A stretch of DNA of 63,003 bases, filler included, from Gonapodya sp. JEL0774 (taxonomy: Eukaryota), in the NCBI GenBank assembly GCA_027604505.1. It is 30 parts of 30 records of this genome, joined end to end, with 100 filler letters (N's around TTAATTAATTAA, not from the genome) between each part and the next. Parts side by side here need not be neighbours in the genome. Positions count along the whole stretch, not along the records: positions 61,015 to 63,003 come from JADIIX010002370.1; 29 more parts are not named here. The stretch is one strand, 5' to 3'. Of this stretch, positions 62,175 through 63,003 are shown in pieces. The position numbers and the translations under genes were made by a program. The notes beneath the pieces were generated by a model. It was not told the origin of the DNA, made no database searches, and saw only the letters and a program-made list of their open reading frames with translations. The first letter of the stretch is position 1. Each line of letters opens with the position of its first letter.

Positions 62175-63003
62175 TTAGCCTGCCACCAGTCTCAGAAACC
62201 ACCTGATTTTACTGGCTGTCCATTGCGCCCATGCCGCTGGCCGTGGCCCTTGATCGGGAGGCAGGGGGGACCAACTCCACGAAGCATGGACAAATGTCTT
62301 GCACCTTTCTACGTCCGCATTTACCCCACTGCTGGTTGTGGAGGTGGACGAAGCGTCAGTGACTTTCAACAGACCGTGTGCCAGTTTGGACGACGTCGGA
62401 TCAAGGAAGAAGAAGGTCAGGACATTGAGAGTACCACTAAGCATAAGCATGAAGTCTGGTGTGGTGATAACGGAGCACTGTTCAGAGAACATCGATGCAA
62501 ACAATTGATCATTGACGCCCACCTCCTGCAGCTTGAGCCGGTCCCCCGACAATGGACGCTATGAGAGATAGTCCACCACAAACAAGCATGATGAGAGGAT
62601 ACTGGGCCAAATGCGGTTGTACAAGGCACAGTTCAATGAACAGCCTGTTTAATGGATCGATGGATGCGCTCGAACTGCCTCACCACAATTAAGCGTCTCG
62701 TGAGGACCTCAGAGTCCGCCTTTGCTGTCTGATGACTGCCACTCATAGCTCCGGCGCTTGGAACCCTGACAAGGTCTGATTCTATGCTACGAGATGCACG
62801 ATGTAGAATATTGACGACGATAGCCGTTGTGAGAAGTGCATTGATAGTGACGGCACTGGCTAAACCGACCGCCACGGCAATGCCGTGGGCATCAAGGCGT
62901 TCTGTGAGCCAGCAAACACCTGCGGCTGTGTCCACTTTGGTGTTTCTGTGGAAGTAGATTGTATGCAAGCGCCAATGGTGTTAGCTCGAAGAAGATGCAA
63001 GAA
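62175..63003 (-). CDS. 7TM receptor-like membrane protein, copy C, 5'-partial
   Basis: GVCWL...INALLTTAIVVNILHRASRSI and a TM7-like MLMLSGTLNVLTFFFLDPT. Confidence 0.55.

Noticed and set aside
1..63003. Reading neighbouring contigs as a gene cluster, for example PolB with MDH, or the TE contigs as one large element
   Set aside because: The contigs are ordered by length, so only within-contig adjacency is informative.
1..63003. rRNA, tRNA, CRISPR arrays, prokaryotic operons or defence systems
   Set aside because: None recognised by eye. The content is intron-rich eukaryotic DNA. A covariance-model scan would be needed to exclude small ncRNAs.

Overview
This is not one continuous locus. It is 30 unlinked contigs of about 2.0 kb, in descending size order, joined by an artificial 100-nt linker (44 N + TTAATTAATTAA + 44 N), so adjacency across linkers means nothing. 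The DNA is eukaryotic, with many short GT-AG introns, and the gene set fits an early-diverging, chytrid-like fungus. A Monoblepharidomycota/Gonapodya-like organism is my inference, mainly from the plant-type GLDH. Most contigs carry fragments of housekeeping genes (NDUFA4-like, ECHDC1-like, CaMKK-like kinase, ARID protein, UreD, MAT1, OST1, SOF1, MDH, OMA1, pirin, SSU72, GLTP, F-box/WD40, CPA2 antiporter, gamma-COP). Three CpG-depleted contigs (2116-4130, 8457-10469, 10570-12581) are decayed, partly nested transposon remnants: PIF/Harbinger, MULE-SWIM, Ty1/copia, a chromodomain + Ulp1 remnant, and an unclassified element with mirrored hairpin ends. The most notable items are (1) an open, CpG-rich Polinton/Maverick-type family-B DNA polymerase ORF with altered motifs B and C and no thumb domain, lying tail-to-tail with a spliced Zn-finger gene; (2) a plant-type L-galactonolactone dehydrogenase; and (3) a three-member orphan 7TM receptor-like family. 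All calls come from manual translation and motif recognition. No database searches were run, and most boundaries are approximate or truncated at contig edges.
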